A stretch of DNA of 63,481 nt, filler included, from Welwitschia mirabilis (taxonomy: Eukaryota): the NCBI GenBank assembly GCA_051453625.1. It is 14 parts of one record of this genome, joined end to end, with 100 filler letters (N's around TTAATTAATTAA, not from the genome) between each part and the next. Parts side by side here need not be neighbours in the genome. Positions count along the whole stretch, not along the records: positions 11,963 to 14,714 come from JBOZIK010000001.1; positions 14,815 to 18,524 come from JBOZIK010000001.1; positions 18,625 to 22,321 come from JBOZIK010000001.1; positions 22,422 to 25,099 come from JBOZIK010000001.1; 10 more parts are not named here. The stretch is one strand, 5' to 3'. The position numbers and the translations under genes were made by a program. Under the pieces are notes generated by a model. The model saw nothing but the letters and a program-made list of their open reading frames with translations, did not search any database and was not told the origin of the DNA. How positions within the stretch are numbered: position 1 is the first letter of the stretch; each line of letters begins with the position of its first letter. Positions 12,589-25,199 of the stretch are shown here, piece after piece.

Positions 12589-14714
12589 CCTTTGTCAGTT
12601 CCTAATAAAACCAGGTAGAAAAACCATGATTGCAAGCCAATTTATTTTTCAAAAGATACTCTGGAAATCATAATAACAGGCTCATAAANNNNNNNNNNNN
12701 NNNNNNNNNNNNNNNNNNNNNNNNNNNNNNNNNNNNNTTGAAAATTTTATGTCATAAAAGCTTTTAAAAAGTTTGAAATTGAGCCATGCAAATGGGTCTT
12801 ACCCCCTTCTTTCGCCCCAAAAAAAGGCAATATGTCTCGTATTAGTAAATAAAGTAAAAGAGAGTGGGAAGAAAGGAAATGAAAATAAGGACAATTTTCA
12901 AAATAAAGTACAACATTGAGTAATGTCAAATTTAAAATATATAGAGATATGAAATATTCTGACAAGTAAGAAAAAGTGGATAAAAAGTGTTTTGCAATAG
13001 AAAAAAATATGAGCAGTGCTATATAACATCAAAAATCTGNNNNNNNNNNTTACCTTTTATTAAAAACTAAAATAGGAAAAAATGCTAAAAAAATATGGTA
13101 ATGAATTTAAATAAGTAATAAAACCATAAAAAGAAAATAGGAAGAATAGGCATAATATAAATAGAAAATAGCTTACCATTCTAACATTTTAACCTAGCAA
13201 TTTCCAATGAAAGTAATTATAACATCAATTGATGTAAAAAGTGTATGACTTAATATACAAAAATTCCATTCAATAATGCAATTATTATGATAATGCTAGA
13301 GTAAAATGCTTTAAACAATAAATGATCAAACCAAAGAATTGCTTAAAANNNNNNNNNNNNNNNNNNNNNNNNNNNNNNNNNNNNNNNNNNNNNNNNNNNN
13401 NNNNNNNNNNNNNNNNNNNNNNNNNNNNNNNNNNNNNNNNNNNNNNNNAAAAATAAACTCTTCTGCCATCATCTCAAAACAAACACTAAAATATTTAGAA
13501 ATAAAATAACCTTGTGGAAATACTAAGAGTCTAGGAAACAAGCAATATCTCTAATGATACCAGGAACACCACTGATCCCATAGCCTCAAAGTTTAAATAC
13601 AACTTTATTACCTATGATGAGAGAAGTGCAACCACTATTAGAGACGGAAGGACCCGTGAAGCATGACCAACTGACCTTCCAGTGGAGNNNNNNNNNNNNN
13701 NNNNNNNNNNNNNNNNNNNNNNNNNNNNNNNNNNNNNNNNNNNNNNNNNNNNNNNNNNNNNNNNNNNNNNNNNNNNNNNNNNNNNNNNNNNNNNNNNNNN
13801 NNNNNNNNNNNNNNNNNNNNNNNNNNNNNNNNNNNNNNNNNNNNNNNNNNNNNNNNNNNNNNNNNNNNNNNNNNNNNNNNNNNNNNNNNNNNNNNNNNNN
13901 NNNNNGAAAAGAACACTCTTAAATAATTTAAAACCCTTTCACCATTGAGAAAAGTATAAAAAATAAAGCATCTTCCTTCAATTGAAGTTTAAGGATATTG
14001 AATGTCTTAATATTAGGTGAACCCAATCTTACCACTAAAATGCCCAAGTCAAAAGACTAGTTATGAAAATAAATACATAAGTTAAGTTTAATAGATGATC
14101 AAGTAATGCTATAATAATCTTTTAAAGGAAAAGGATAAGAGAAAATTTAGATAATTTGCTCNNNNNNNNNNNNNNNNNNNNNNNNNNNNNNNNNNNNNNN
14201 NNNNNNNNNNNNNNNNNNNNNNNNNNNNNNNNNNNNNNNNNNNATTTTCTCAAAATAACAAAAATTAGAAATTAACATTTTATTAACTATTATCATGCTT
14301 GTCATTCAAATGACAGAGAGGATAACATACAAGGAAAAAGAAATAGAACATAGAAAATTAATAGAAAAACAGAAAAACTAGAAAAACTAGAAAATGTAAC
14401 TGTCATTATCCTTGTCATGGGGACGACGGATGAGATAATCGATTATTTTTACAAAAGTAGAAAATTGAAAACTAAAAATAGAAACAAAAACAAAAATCAA
14501 AAAATAAAAATAGAGACTATAAAAATAGAAAACTGAAAAGAAAACAACAAAGCAAGCAAACTTTTATTTAAATTCTAGTGAGATTTAGTTTTTTAGAGAA
14601 GTAAGGCCCAAACTAGAAATTCACCAATTGATAAAACATGAAAGATATGCAATTATTTTCAATTAAAATCAATTGGAAGAAGCAAGGAGTATTAGAGAGT
14701 ACTTTATGATGCCA
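12589..14714 (-). mobile_element. Athila-like internal 3' non-coding region
   Basis: 12589-13100 is homologous to 59676-60229; 13500-13670 to 38170-38328; and 13960-14715 in part to 10495-11110. Confidence 0.75.
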
Positions 14715-14814
14715 NNNNNNNNNNNNNNNNNNNNNNNNNNNNNNNNNNNNNNNNNNNNTTAATTAATTAANNNNNNNNNNNNNNNNNNNNNNNNNNNNNN
14801 NNNNNNNNNNNNNN
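14715..14814. other. Artificial contig spacer
   Basis: 44 N + TTAATTAATTAA + 44 N. Confidence 0.97.
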
Positions 14815-17330
14815 TGCCTAATAGTTTCTTAATGGATGTATCTGCTAATTTTAAGATAACTGATGCAGGCTATATTCTATCTTCCAAACCAAGCCTCTTA
14901 CAAATGTAAAGTGACATAATATTAACACTCACTCCAATATCAATTAAAGCTTTTCTTATCTTTTTATTTCCTTCTACTATAACATTTACCGTTGTTGCTC
15001 CTGGATCTTTAAATTTTGGCGATTTTTGCAATACTAAGTTCTTGAGGGATTGGGCAAGAAAGACCTTACTAGGAATGACTCGTTTTTATTTTCTTCTTAT
15101 TAAGTCTTTTAATAGTTTTTCATACCTTGGATTTTCTTGTAAAACTTTTCAAAAAGGAATACTTATGCTCACATCTTAATTAATACTTTAAGATAATTAT
15201 TAAAAGTTGAGTTGTTATTAAGCCTATCAAGTGAAGGGGTAGTTGGATTTTTCTATTTCTTCTTGCCAAGAGAAGGGAAGTGGTAATCATTTAAGATTTC
15301 AACATCATCTTCCTTCTCTTCTTCATTGTTTTGGGATGTGAAAGGTTCACATGGTGGAGGGTTTTTTTCTTATCCATTTCTTGTCACAACCTTATAGTCT
15401 CTTCTTAGCTCATTTGGGTTGCGCAAAGGTTGTATAAGTAAAGTTTCTTAAGGTCTTTTATTTGCTAACAAAGTTTGTTAAAGGACATTTTTTAAGTTAT
15501 ATATTTTGGCATGTGTTACCTCTTGTATTATTTTTATTTCATTTAAAGAGTTTGCAAGTTGATCATTTAAATTTTGAAAGTTGAATAAACTTGGTTGGTA
15601 ATATGTATTTTTGAGTTGGTTTCTAAAAGATTGATGATTGTTTTGAAAATATGTATTTAACCTAGGTTTGCTTGATTTTGATTTTGTAAGTCTTCAAATG
15701 GTTGATTAAAAGCAAAAACTTCCTCCCAAATCCTTTCTTTGTAATTTTGAAGAAGAGNNNNNNNNNNNNNNNNNNNNNNNNNNNNNNNNNNNNNNNNNNN
15801 NNNNNNNNNNNNNNNNNNNNNNNNNNNNNNNNNNNNNNNNNNNNNNNNNNNNNNNNNNNNNNNNNNNNNNNNNNNNNNNNNNNNNNNNNNNNNNNNNNNN
15901 NNNNNNNNNNNNNNNNNNNNNNNNNNNNNNNNNNNNNNNNNNNNNNNNNNNNNNNNNNNNNNNNNNNNNNNNNNNNNNNNNNNNNNNNNNNNNNNNNNNN
16001 NNNNNNNNNNNNNNNNNNNNNNNNNNNNNNNNNNNNNNNNNNNNNNNNNNNNNNNNNNNNNNNNNNNNNNNNNNNNNNNNNNNNNNNNNNNNNNNNNNNN
16101 NNNNNNNNNNNNNNNNNNNNNNNNNNNNNNNNNNNNNNNNNNNNNNNNNNNCCTAGGTTTGCTTGATTTTGATTTTGGAAGTCTTCAAATGGTTGATTAA
16201 AAGCAAAAACTTCCTCCCAAATCCTTTCTTTGTAATTTGGAAGAAGAGGATAATTTTTGATGACATGATAGTTGTCCTCATATAAATCACATGTTTGCAT
16301 AACATTTCTTTCAATGGCATTTTTAGCATCTAAAATCATTTCCATATACTTCTCTAAGGTTGTTGTAAATATTCTCATAGGATTTATAAGGTTGTCTTTT
16401 ACCTCTTTTTTATGCTTCACCTATTTTAAGTCTTTAATAAATTGGCCTATTATTTGATTTTCTTTAGGTGTTAACCATGTTTTACTAACCTCCACAAGTT
16501 CCTCTAATTTTGTCCATCCATCATCTAAAGTGAGGTTCATGAGGTTTTCTTCATAAGAAAAGTCTATAAGTTTTTTTGTATGTGGAGTTAGTCAACTATA
16601 AAAGTAGTTTAGTTTTTCTACACTTGAAAAGGCATCTACTAGATTAGAATGGATTGCTATAAAGAAATGCTCATATGCAAAGGCAAACTCTTTATTTGGT
16701 TTTTGTTGGAAATTTATTATCTACCTTTTTTTTTTTATATTTTCTTCACTTATGAATCTTTTTATAAAGGTTTCTTAGACTTGATCCTATGTTTTGAGGC
16801 TTTTGTGGAGTAACATTTTTAGTAAAGTTTTACCCTACCTTTTAAAGTTATGAGAAAAATTACCATGTAGGTTTTATCTATTACTTTTTTCTTCCCATTT
16901 TCTGAGGTAAAGATAAGTTGTTCAATGTCTCTAATGTGTTGAAGGGGATCCTCATCTTTTTTACCACTAAACATTAGGTAAGCATGTAAATTTTTAAGCT
17001 TTATATCATTCCATAGTGGTAGGTCAAATGACTTTTGAATTTTTCTATTTTTGTTGGCTACTAATTCTCTAAGGGTGAGGTTGCTAGAAGATCATACTAC
17101 TTGTTTTTGTTTATGGGAAGCATCAATATTATATGTTGGTCCTTTCATTCTATAGGTTTTTCATTAAAGAAATAAGATTTAGAAAAAATAAATTTGGAGG
17201 GAGGATTGAGTGCACTTGGAGATTGTTCTTTTAACTCTTTTTCTATGTTCACTAGTCCTTCTTTGAGGTTCTTCTCTATCAGCTTTCTTTTTCTGAGATA
17301 TTTCTTCTTTAGGTTGATCATATCACAGCA
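14815..17330 (-). pseudogene. gag: Decayed Athila gag-protease
   Basis: Protease ALIDIGVSVNIMSLYICKRLGL at ~14885-14950; zinc-knuckle remnant TCDLYEDNYHVIKNYP in ORF 15662-16420; EDPLQHI at ~16933-16953. Confidence 0.88.
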
Positions 17331-17783
17331 TCCTGTAAATAGAAAATAATAGAAAATAGATAAAAAAGATAATAGATTATTGTCTTATCTATCTTCTAGG
17401 CAATAGAAGAGATGAAGCACATAGAAAACAGAAAAATAAAAACAGAATTGAAACACAAACTAAAAGTAGAAAAATATAGAAAAACGTTTGTCGTCGACCT
17501 GGTCATTTATATGTCATAGGAGACTAAAGAAACTAATTTACTACAGAAAAATTCACAATCCAAAAATAAACCAAAAACAAAAATAACATACTATCATCCT
17601 GACTATCATGGGGACGATGGAGGGGATAACCACACTTTTTAACAAAAAAACAAAATCCAAAAAATCAAAACTGAAACATAGTACATAAAAAACCTAAATA
17701 TCCTAATAAAATACAATGCTGTGTAGACAAATAATCAATATAGTTATCTGAACAATGACAACCTTTGTACTCCTCAATAGCCT

Positions 17784-17802
17784 TCCCCTGCAATGAAACC
17801 AA
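17784..17802 (-). promoter_or_regulatory. Degenerate primer-binding site (tRNA-Asp type)
   Basis: Minus strand TTGGTTTCATTGCAGGGGA lies just after the LTR end GCAACA and resembles the Athila PBS TTGGCGCCGTTGCCGGGGA. Confidence 0.65.
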
Positions 17803-17804
17803 TT

Positions 17805-18435
17805 TGTTGCGGTATGTATTTATGCACATTTTTATGTCTAAGTATATTTTATCATTAATAATTAAAATAAATATTATGCATAATATATCACACTAATATA
17901 GTGAGAGTGACCCAAAATGTCATATCTTATTAAAGTCTATTTGTAAGGGACTTAGGTTTCTTTTGCAATAAAATAGAAACCAAGAATACTGAATAACAAT
18001 AAAATAAAGTACTATGCAAAGTGCAAGATGCAATCTAAGCTAACTAATGTGTAATGCAAAATAATCCTAACCTTACTTGCTTTTCAGTTTTAATAAAGGC
18101 TGCCCTTGATAATTTATATCACCCAAGAAATTATCACTAGATCAAGGCCAACATTAGACTATAAAGAACATAAGAAATCCTATAATGTAAACATAAAATA
18201 AAAATAAAAATTATATTAAAATAGTAATAATATCCGAGTTATAAAATAGTCAGGTCTCAATGGAAGATACTCAACACTCAAACCAAGTACTCGTCTTTCT
18301 ACAACTCTTAAGATAGATCTCTTGCCCTTCACTCTCTTATCACGAGAATCTCTGATGCATCGAAGATGGGAAGGAGAGTCGAAGAAGGCCTTATTTATAA
18401 GAAAATACAACAAAAATGGACAGAAAAAAAGTGCA
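17805..18435 (-). mobile_element. Athila-like 5' LTR, variant B (3' half)
   Basis: Ends ...ATAAATACATACCGCAACA on the minus strand. It is homologous to 60660-61254 and 11963-12155. Confidence 0.85.
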
Positions 18436-18524
18436 TGTTGCACCACCAACTTACGTGTATTTGATAGAATATTTTAAGTTGTTTTGCAAGAAAATTAATA
18501 GATAAATGCTTAGTTCCCATGATA
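18436..18524 (+). mobile_element. 5' end of a variant-A LTR inserted in the opposite orientation
   Basis: TGTTGCACCACCAACTTAC...TATTTGATAG matches the LTR starts at 39566(-), 56369(-) and 31027(-). Confidence 0.8.
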
Positions 18525-18624
18525 NNNNNNNNNNNNNNNNNNNNNNNNNNNNNNNNNNNNNNNNNNNNTTAATTAATTAANNNNNNNNNNNNNNNNNNNN
18601 NNNNNNNNNNNNNNNNNNNNNNNN
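18525..18624. other. Artificial contig spacer
   Basis: 44 N + TTAATTAATTAA + 44 N. Confidence 0.97.
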
Positions 18625-20202
18625 AAAATAGACATATCATGGCCATTATTTCACTTTTTCTTTCTCTATCTCTCTCTGTTTTTTTATATACAAAATTTCC
18701 ACATGAGCATACAATCAAGAAAGATGAAGGTAAATAAGTGAGATAAAAGATAGAAAAGAGCACTCCTAAATAACCTAAGATTTAAACATCATTGAAAAAA
18801 ACATAAGAAAATAAGGCATCTTCTTTGAAATAGAGTCCATAGACATGGGAATGTCTCAAGCTTGAGTGAATCCAATATTAACACATGTAAATGCCAAAGT
18901 ATAAAACTAATTATAATACTTCATAAAGTAATATACAAGTTAAGTTTAAAAGATAATTAGGTAAAGTCATAATATTTAATCAAAGGAGTAGGCTAAGAAA
19001 GAACTTACATAATGATAGGGAGGAAGTCCTTCTCACTAAGGGAAACTTCCAAAATAAGTGCTTCTACCATGNNNNNNNNNNTGCATCTAAAGATCCCTCA
19101 TATAATTTCAACATTGTCCATTAAATTTTTGAATCTCTTTAGTTTTTAAATCTAAAATTTCATCTGAGGCATTAAAATGCACTTTTTGTATAAGATAAGG
19201 ACCTAATCATTTAGAGGTTAACTTATTATGTAAAAGGTAAACTCGAGTGTTATACAACAAAATAAGTTGACTTGGTTCAAACTTTTTATGAAAAATCCTT
19301 TTATCATATTTGAACTTTGTTTGAGCTTTATGAATCAATTGACAATGTATGATACTATTCTTTTTTCANNNNNNNNNNNNNNNNNNNNNNNNNNNNNNNN
19401 NNNNNNNNNNNNNNNNNNNNNNNNNNNNNNNNNNNNNNNNNNNNNNNNNNNNNNNNNNNNNNNNNNNNNNNNNNNNNNNNNNNNNNNNNNNNNNNNNNNN
19501 NNNNNNNNNNNNNNNNNNNNNNNNNNNNNNNNNNNNNNNNNNNNNNNNNNNNNNNNNNNNNNNNNNNNNNNNNNNNNNNNNNNNNNNNNNNNNNNNNNNN
19601 NNNNNNNNNNNNNNNNNNNNNNNNNNNNNNNNNNNNNNNNNNNNNNNNNNNNNNNNNNNNNNNNNNNNNNNNNNNNNNNNNNNNNNNNNNNNNNNNNNNN
19701 NNNNNNNNNNNNNNNNNNNNNNNNNNNNNNNNNNNNNNNNNNNNNNNNNNNNNNNNNNNNNNNNNNNNNNNNNNNNNNNNNNNNNNNNNNNNNNNNNNNN
19801 NNNNNNNNNNNNNNNNNNNNNNNNNNNNNNNNNNNNNNNNNNNNNNNNNNNNNNNNNNNNNNNNNNNNNNNNNNNNNNNNNNNNNNNNNNNNNNNNNNNN
19901 NNNNNNNNNNNNNNNNNNNNNNNNNNNNNNNNNNNNNNNNNNNNNNNNNNNNNNNNNNNNNNNNNNNNNNNNNNNNNNNNNNNNNNNNNNNNNNNNNNNN
20001 NNNNNNNNNNNTGATAAGAATCATACATTCTAATAAGATTATATGAATCTTGAAAAAGAAAAGGCCAGTAAAAATCAGAATGAAGGATTCTCATGGCAAC
20101 TTTATATCCACTAAAATGTCCTCTATAAACACCATCATGACAAAGATGAAGAATCTCAGGTATTATCAATCGGGCACACATTTTCTCATAATCTAGTTTT
20201 TG

Positions 20203-20286
20203 CATCTACGGTATAAATGTGGCTTGATCCACTCATAGTCATCTACAGTATAAATGTAGCTTGATCCACTCATAGTCACCTACAGT
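20203..20286. repeat. 37-bp tandem duplication plus a partial third copy
   Basis: catctacggtataaatgtggcttgatccactcatagt at 20203, a near-identical copy at 20240, and the partial cacctacagt at 20277. Confidence 0.92.
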
Positions 20287-20620
20287 GCCAAGATGTTGCA
20301 GTGTGTATTTATGTAATGTTCATATTCTAATCTGAATCGTGTTAATCACAAATAATATGCATAAACACAACATACTAATATAGATGGGAGTGTCTTGAAT
20401 ATCGTAATCTGTTGAAGGCTAAAGTATGGAAATAAAAGAGCTGCTTTTAAGATATAAATAAGTAATCCTAACCTACAAAAATAATTTGCAATGCATAGAA
20501 ATGAAATAAAACACACTTGTGTAAGTCTAATCTAGGAAAGGAAATAGCGATGCGCCTAAACTAATCAAGCACAACCTTGACAAATGTTAACCTCATAATC
20601 TATATCATAAAATAAGATTA
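20282..20620 (-). mobile_element. LTR 3' end (U5) plus the start of the PBS, embedded in pol
   Basis: Minus strand ...ATAAATACACACTGCAACA-TCTTGGCACTGT matches the LTR/PBS junction at 45550-45577. The body is homologous to 61348-61685. Confidence 0.85.
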
Positions 20621-22321
20621 TCACCTGTATGATTAAGAAAGGATTTAAGTTGGTAATAGGTCCAATGTTGTGGTGTTTTTATAGTTACAAGATAGTTGAC
20701 AATATTAGCATATGATGAAGGAGGATGAAAAGAAGAAACAACAAAAAGTTACTCGTCAGGAAAGGAATCATCTATAAGAATGCCATCTGGAGGAAGGTAA
20801 TGTCAAGACAAATGATTAGCAACAGAATTATGTTTTCCTATTTTATCTATGATGGTCAAATTGAATTCTTGCATAAGAATTATTCATCTAATCAAATGAG
20901 CACTAGAGTCTTTCTTAGTTATGAGGTAACAAATGACAGCATGATCAGTATAAACATTCATGTAAAATTCTAAAAGATTGTGTCTAAGAGAATCAAGATA
21001 AAAGATAATGGCAAGTATTTATTTTTCTATAGTAGTGTAGTTTATCTGAGCTCTAGACAATGACTTGCTATGGTAAGATATAACTTTAAAGTCCTTCTCA
21101 TACTTTTAGCAAAGAACCCTACCCATGACAGAATTTCTAGCATCACACATAAGCTCAAAGTCAAGTACCCAATTGGGTCCTGTTACTATAGGAGCATGAG
21201 ACAATCTATGTTTNNNNNNNNNNNNNNNNNNNNNNNNNNNNNNNNNNNNNNNNNNNNNNNNNNNNNNNNNNNNNNNNNNNNNNNNNNNNNNNNNNNNNNN
21301 NNNNNNNNNNNNNNNNNNNNNNNNNNNNNNNNNNNNNNNNNNNNNNNNNNNNNNNNNNNNNNNNNNNNNNNNNNNNNNNNNNNNNNNNNNNNNNNNNNNN
21401 NNNNNNNNNNNNNNNNNNNNNNNNNNNNNNNNNNNNNNNNNNNNNNNNNNNNNNNNNNNNNNNNNNNNNNNNNNNNNNNNNNNNNNNNNNNNNNNNNNNN
21501 NNNNNNNNNNNNNNNNNNNNNNNNNNNNNNNNNNNNNNNNNNNNNNNNNNNNNNNNNNNNNNNNNNNNNNNNNNNNNNNNNNNNNNNNNNNNNNNNNNNN
21601 NNNNNNNNNNNNNNNNNNNNNNNNNNNNNNNNNNNNNNNNNNNNNNNNNNNNNNNNNNNNNNNNNNNNNNNNNNNNNNNNNNNNNNNNNNNNNNNNNNNN
21701 NNNNNNNNNNNNNNNNNNNNNNNNNNNNNNNNNNNNNNNNNNNNNNNNNNNNNNNNNNNNNNNNNNNNNNNNNNNNNNNNNNNNNNNNNNNNNNNNNNNN
21801 NNNNNNNNNNNNNNNNNNNNNNNNNNNNNNNNNNNNNNNNNNNNNNNNNNNNNNNNNNNNNNNNNNNNNNNNNNNNNNNNNNNNNNNNNNAATCACAAAT
21901 GAACCGATGTAAAATCCACAATGACCAAGGAAAGATCAGACTTATTTAACATTAATAGGGGGATTAAGATTTTGAATAATACTAACTTTAGAAGCATCCA
22001 CCTTAATTCCCTCCTGAGAAATGTGGTGACTTAAAATAATGCCACTTTCTACAAGAAAATAATTCTTTTCCTAACTCAAGTGGAGGCCACTAGCAATTCA
22101 TCAATCTAAGAATTTCTCTAAATGATCTAAGATTTATTCAAAAGTTTTGGTATAGATAGAGAAGTCATGCATAAAAATCTCAATGGAATCCTCAAGCATA
22201 ATGAAAAAATTACCCATCGTAGCATGCTGAAAAGTATCGGGAGCATTGTAAAGTATGAAATACATGCTTCTAAAGGCAAAGGTACCTAAAGAAGAAGTGA
22301 AGGTAGTCTTATCTTGGTCCT

Positions 22322-22421
22322 NNNNNNNNNNNNNNNNNNNNNNNNNNNNNNNNNNNNNNNNNNNNTTAATTAATTAANNNNNNNNNNNNNNNNNNNNNNN
22401 NNNNNNNNNNNNNNNNNNNNN
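22322..22421. other. Artificial contig spacer
   Basis: 44 N + TTAATTAATTAA + 44 N. Confidence 0.97.
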
Positions 22422-24850
22422 ATTTTCTAGGATTTCTATATCCTCTTCCTCATCATTTTTGTCATTTTAGGAGGTTGAAGCCTTATGAGTAGGGGGAGTT
22501 ATGTCATTTTCACTCTTTATCATCACCTTATAATCTTTTCATACTTTGTTAGGATTCGATAAAAATTGAGTGGCAAGGGTCACTTATGGTCTTTGATTGA
22601 CAAGCATGGTCTAATGTAAAATACTTACAGGATTTTCTATGTTTGTATTTATCTTCTCTTGAGTTTTTCTCAACTTCTTAATGGAATTCCTAATAATATC
22701 ACTATGGTTTTAGGAGTTGNNNNNNNNNNTTGAAATGTCTTGCCAAATTATTTGGATGATTGGATTGAAAATTTAGATGTTTAAATCTATTTCTAAAGGG
22801 CTGGAAGTTAGGATGATGTATTTGGAAATTTTTAGAATTTGGTTGCTCACTCATCTTATTTTGAAAATTATGACTTTGGACTTGTCTTTAGTCATAGTTT
22901 TGCATGTAGTTAGAAGGTCTTTAATTAAAGACATAAACTTCCTCATAGATTCTCCTTTTATAAGTAGGAAGTAAAGGGCAATCTTTTGTGACATGATAAC
23001 TATTTTCACACAAATCGCATGTTAGAATAACTTATTCACTCTTCTGGGTTGCCACTTTAGCATCAAGGATCATTTGGGTGTATTTTTCTAAGGTAGAATT
23101 AAAATCTTTAATAATGCTTGTTGGTTCATTTTCTATTTTGATTTCATTATTNNNNNNNNNNNNNNNNNNNNNNNNNNNNNNNNNNNNNNNNNNNNNNNNN
23201 NNNNNNNNNNNNNNNNNNNNNNNNNNNNNNNNNNNNNNNNNNNNNNNNNNNTGCCAATTTAGCATCAAGTATCATTTGGGTGTATTTTTCTAAGGTAGAA
23301 TTAAAATCTTTAATAATGCTTGTTGGTTCATTTTCTATTTTTATTTCATTATTCTTATGTTTGACTTCTTTAGATCTTTAATGATTTAGCCTACTGTTTA
23401 GTTTTCTCTAAAGGAGGGTTTAGGCTAAGTTTGACTTACTTTCACTAAATCTTTCAATACCTTCCAAGAATCTCCTAAGATTTGGTTTAAGAGGTTGCCT
23501 CTATAAGAGAAATCTNNNNNNNNNNNNNNNNNNNNNNNNNNNNNNNNNNNNNNNNNNNNNNNNNNNNNNNNNNNNNNNNNNNNNNNNNNNNNNNNNNNNN
23601 NNNNNNNNNNNNNNNNNNNNNNNNNNNNNNNNNNNNNNNNNNNNNNNNNNNNNNNNNNNNNNNNNNNNNNNNNNNNNNNNNNNTCTTTATAGATTCTCTT
23701 TTTGTAATTAGGAAGTAAAGGGCCATCTTTTGTGACATGGTAACTATCTTCACACAAATCGCATGTTGGAATAACAACTTCACTCTTTTCAGTTATTACT
23801 TTAGCATCAAAAATCATTTGGGTGTATTTCTCTAAGGTAGAAGTGAAATCCTTAATGATGTTAGTTGGTTTATTTCTATTTTGGTTTCATTCTTCTCATG
23901 TTTAACTTCTTTTAGGTCTTTAATGATTTAACCTACTGTTCGGTTTTCTCTAAAGGGGGGTTTAGGTTAAGTTTGACTTACTTCTACTAAATCTTCCAAC
24001 ACCTTCCAAGCATTATCTAAGGTTTGGTTTAATAGGTTGCCTTCATAAGAAAAATTTAGGATTTGCTTAGTATGATTGTTCAATCCACTATAAAAATAGT
24101 CAATTAACTCTATCTTTGAAAAGGCATCTACGGGGTTTGAATGTAAAGCAATAAAGAATCGCTCATAAGAAGAGGCATAGTCTTTGTTAGGTAATTATTG
24201 AAAGTTTGTGACTTCTTTCTTATGCTTTCGAATGGTGGTTTCATTTATAAATCTCTTTATAAAGGCTTCTTAAACTTAACTCTAAGATTTAAGGCTCTTA
24301 TGGGAAATCATTCTAAGCTAAAGTTTTGCTCTATCTCTCAAGGTGACTGAAAAGATAACCATGTAGATTCTATCATTTATTTATTTTTTACCATTTCCAA
24401 AAGTGAGGATAAGTTACTTAATTTCATTAATGTGTTACGAAGGATCTTCATCAGGATCTCTACTAAAGGTAGGATAAGCATTCAAGTTTTGAAGTTCTAC
24501 ATCATCACCAAGAGATAAGTTAAAAGGATTTTAGATTTCATGTTTTCTGTTTGCTATAAGATCTCTTAAGGTAGCATGAGTATTAGGTTGAGAAGGAGTA
24601 GAAGTAAGGGTTCTAATGATGGGAGGTAGATTTGAAGAGATAGGTTGTTTAAGCTTTTGTTCCGAGGTCAATATGGTAGTAAAATTAGACTCTGCAGAAC
24701 TAAAAGTGGAAATTGTAGGAAATTCTAAATCTTGTTTACCTTCACTGTTTTGATTTATTTCTATTTTAAAATTTATCAAACCTTCTCTAATTTTTTTAGT
24801 AATAAACTGTTACTCTCTCTAGTATTTTTTCCTTTTTTTAATTTTAACCA
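22422..24850 (-). pseudogene. gag: Decayed Athila gag with a duplicated zinc-knuckle segment
   Basis: ATLRDLIANRKHEI (ORF 24531-24779) and TCDLCEDSYHVTKDGP (ORF 23425-23817), homologous to the other gag copies. Confidence 0.88.
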
Positions 24851-25099
24851 TTCAGATTCTATCTTAAATATGTGAAAGTGCCATCTTGTATGTCATTCGG
24901 ATGTTAACCTAAATGACAGAAACATAGGAAACCACAGAAAAGAAGAAAGAAGAAAATAGGAATGTCATCCACCTATGAAGTCTAGATGACAGAGGGATAT
25001 TAAGGATTAGTAGAAAAAAAAAATCCAAAACAAAAAACTTACAGCTGTTACTGGTACACTGCTACTATAGCAAACATCTAGAATATTCACCGAAGCAAC

Positions 25100-25199
25100 N
25101 NNNNNNNNNNNNNNNNNNNNNNNNNNNNNNNNNNNNNNNNNNNTTAATTAATTAANNNNNNNNNNNNNNNNNNNNNNNNNNNNNNNNNNNNNNNNNNNN
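25100..25199. other. Artificial contig spacer
   Basis: 44 N + TTAATTAATTAA + 44 N. Confidence 0.97.

Larger units (their letters stand above)
19020..22321 (-). pseudogene. pol: Decayed Athila pol (RT-RH-INT), gapped
   Basis: ILHLCHDGVYRGHFSGYKVAMRILHSDFYWP (integrase zinc finger); APIVTGPNWVLDFELMCDA (RT/RH); EIFMHDFS at ~22160-22185. Confidence 0.9.

Noticed and set aside
13548..13566. tRNA-Met-like PBS (minus strand TGGTATCATTAGAG)
   Set aside because: There is no adjacent LTR end, and the paralog at ~38223-38240 differs (TGGTGTTATCAGAG).
15661..16248. Near-identical direct repeats flanking N gaps (15661-15757/16152-16248; also 23052-23151/23253-23352 and 38552-38602/38703-38753)
   Set aside because: They are nearly identical and sit on both sides of a gap, which is typical of unmerged contig overlaps.
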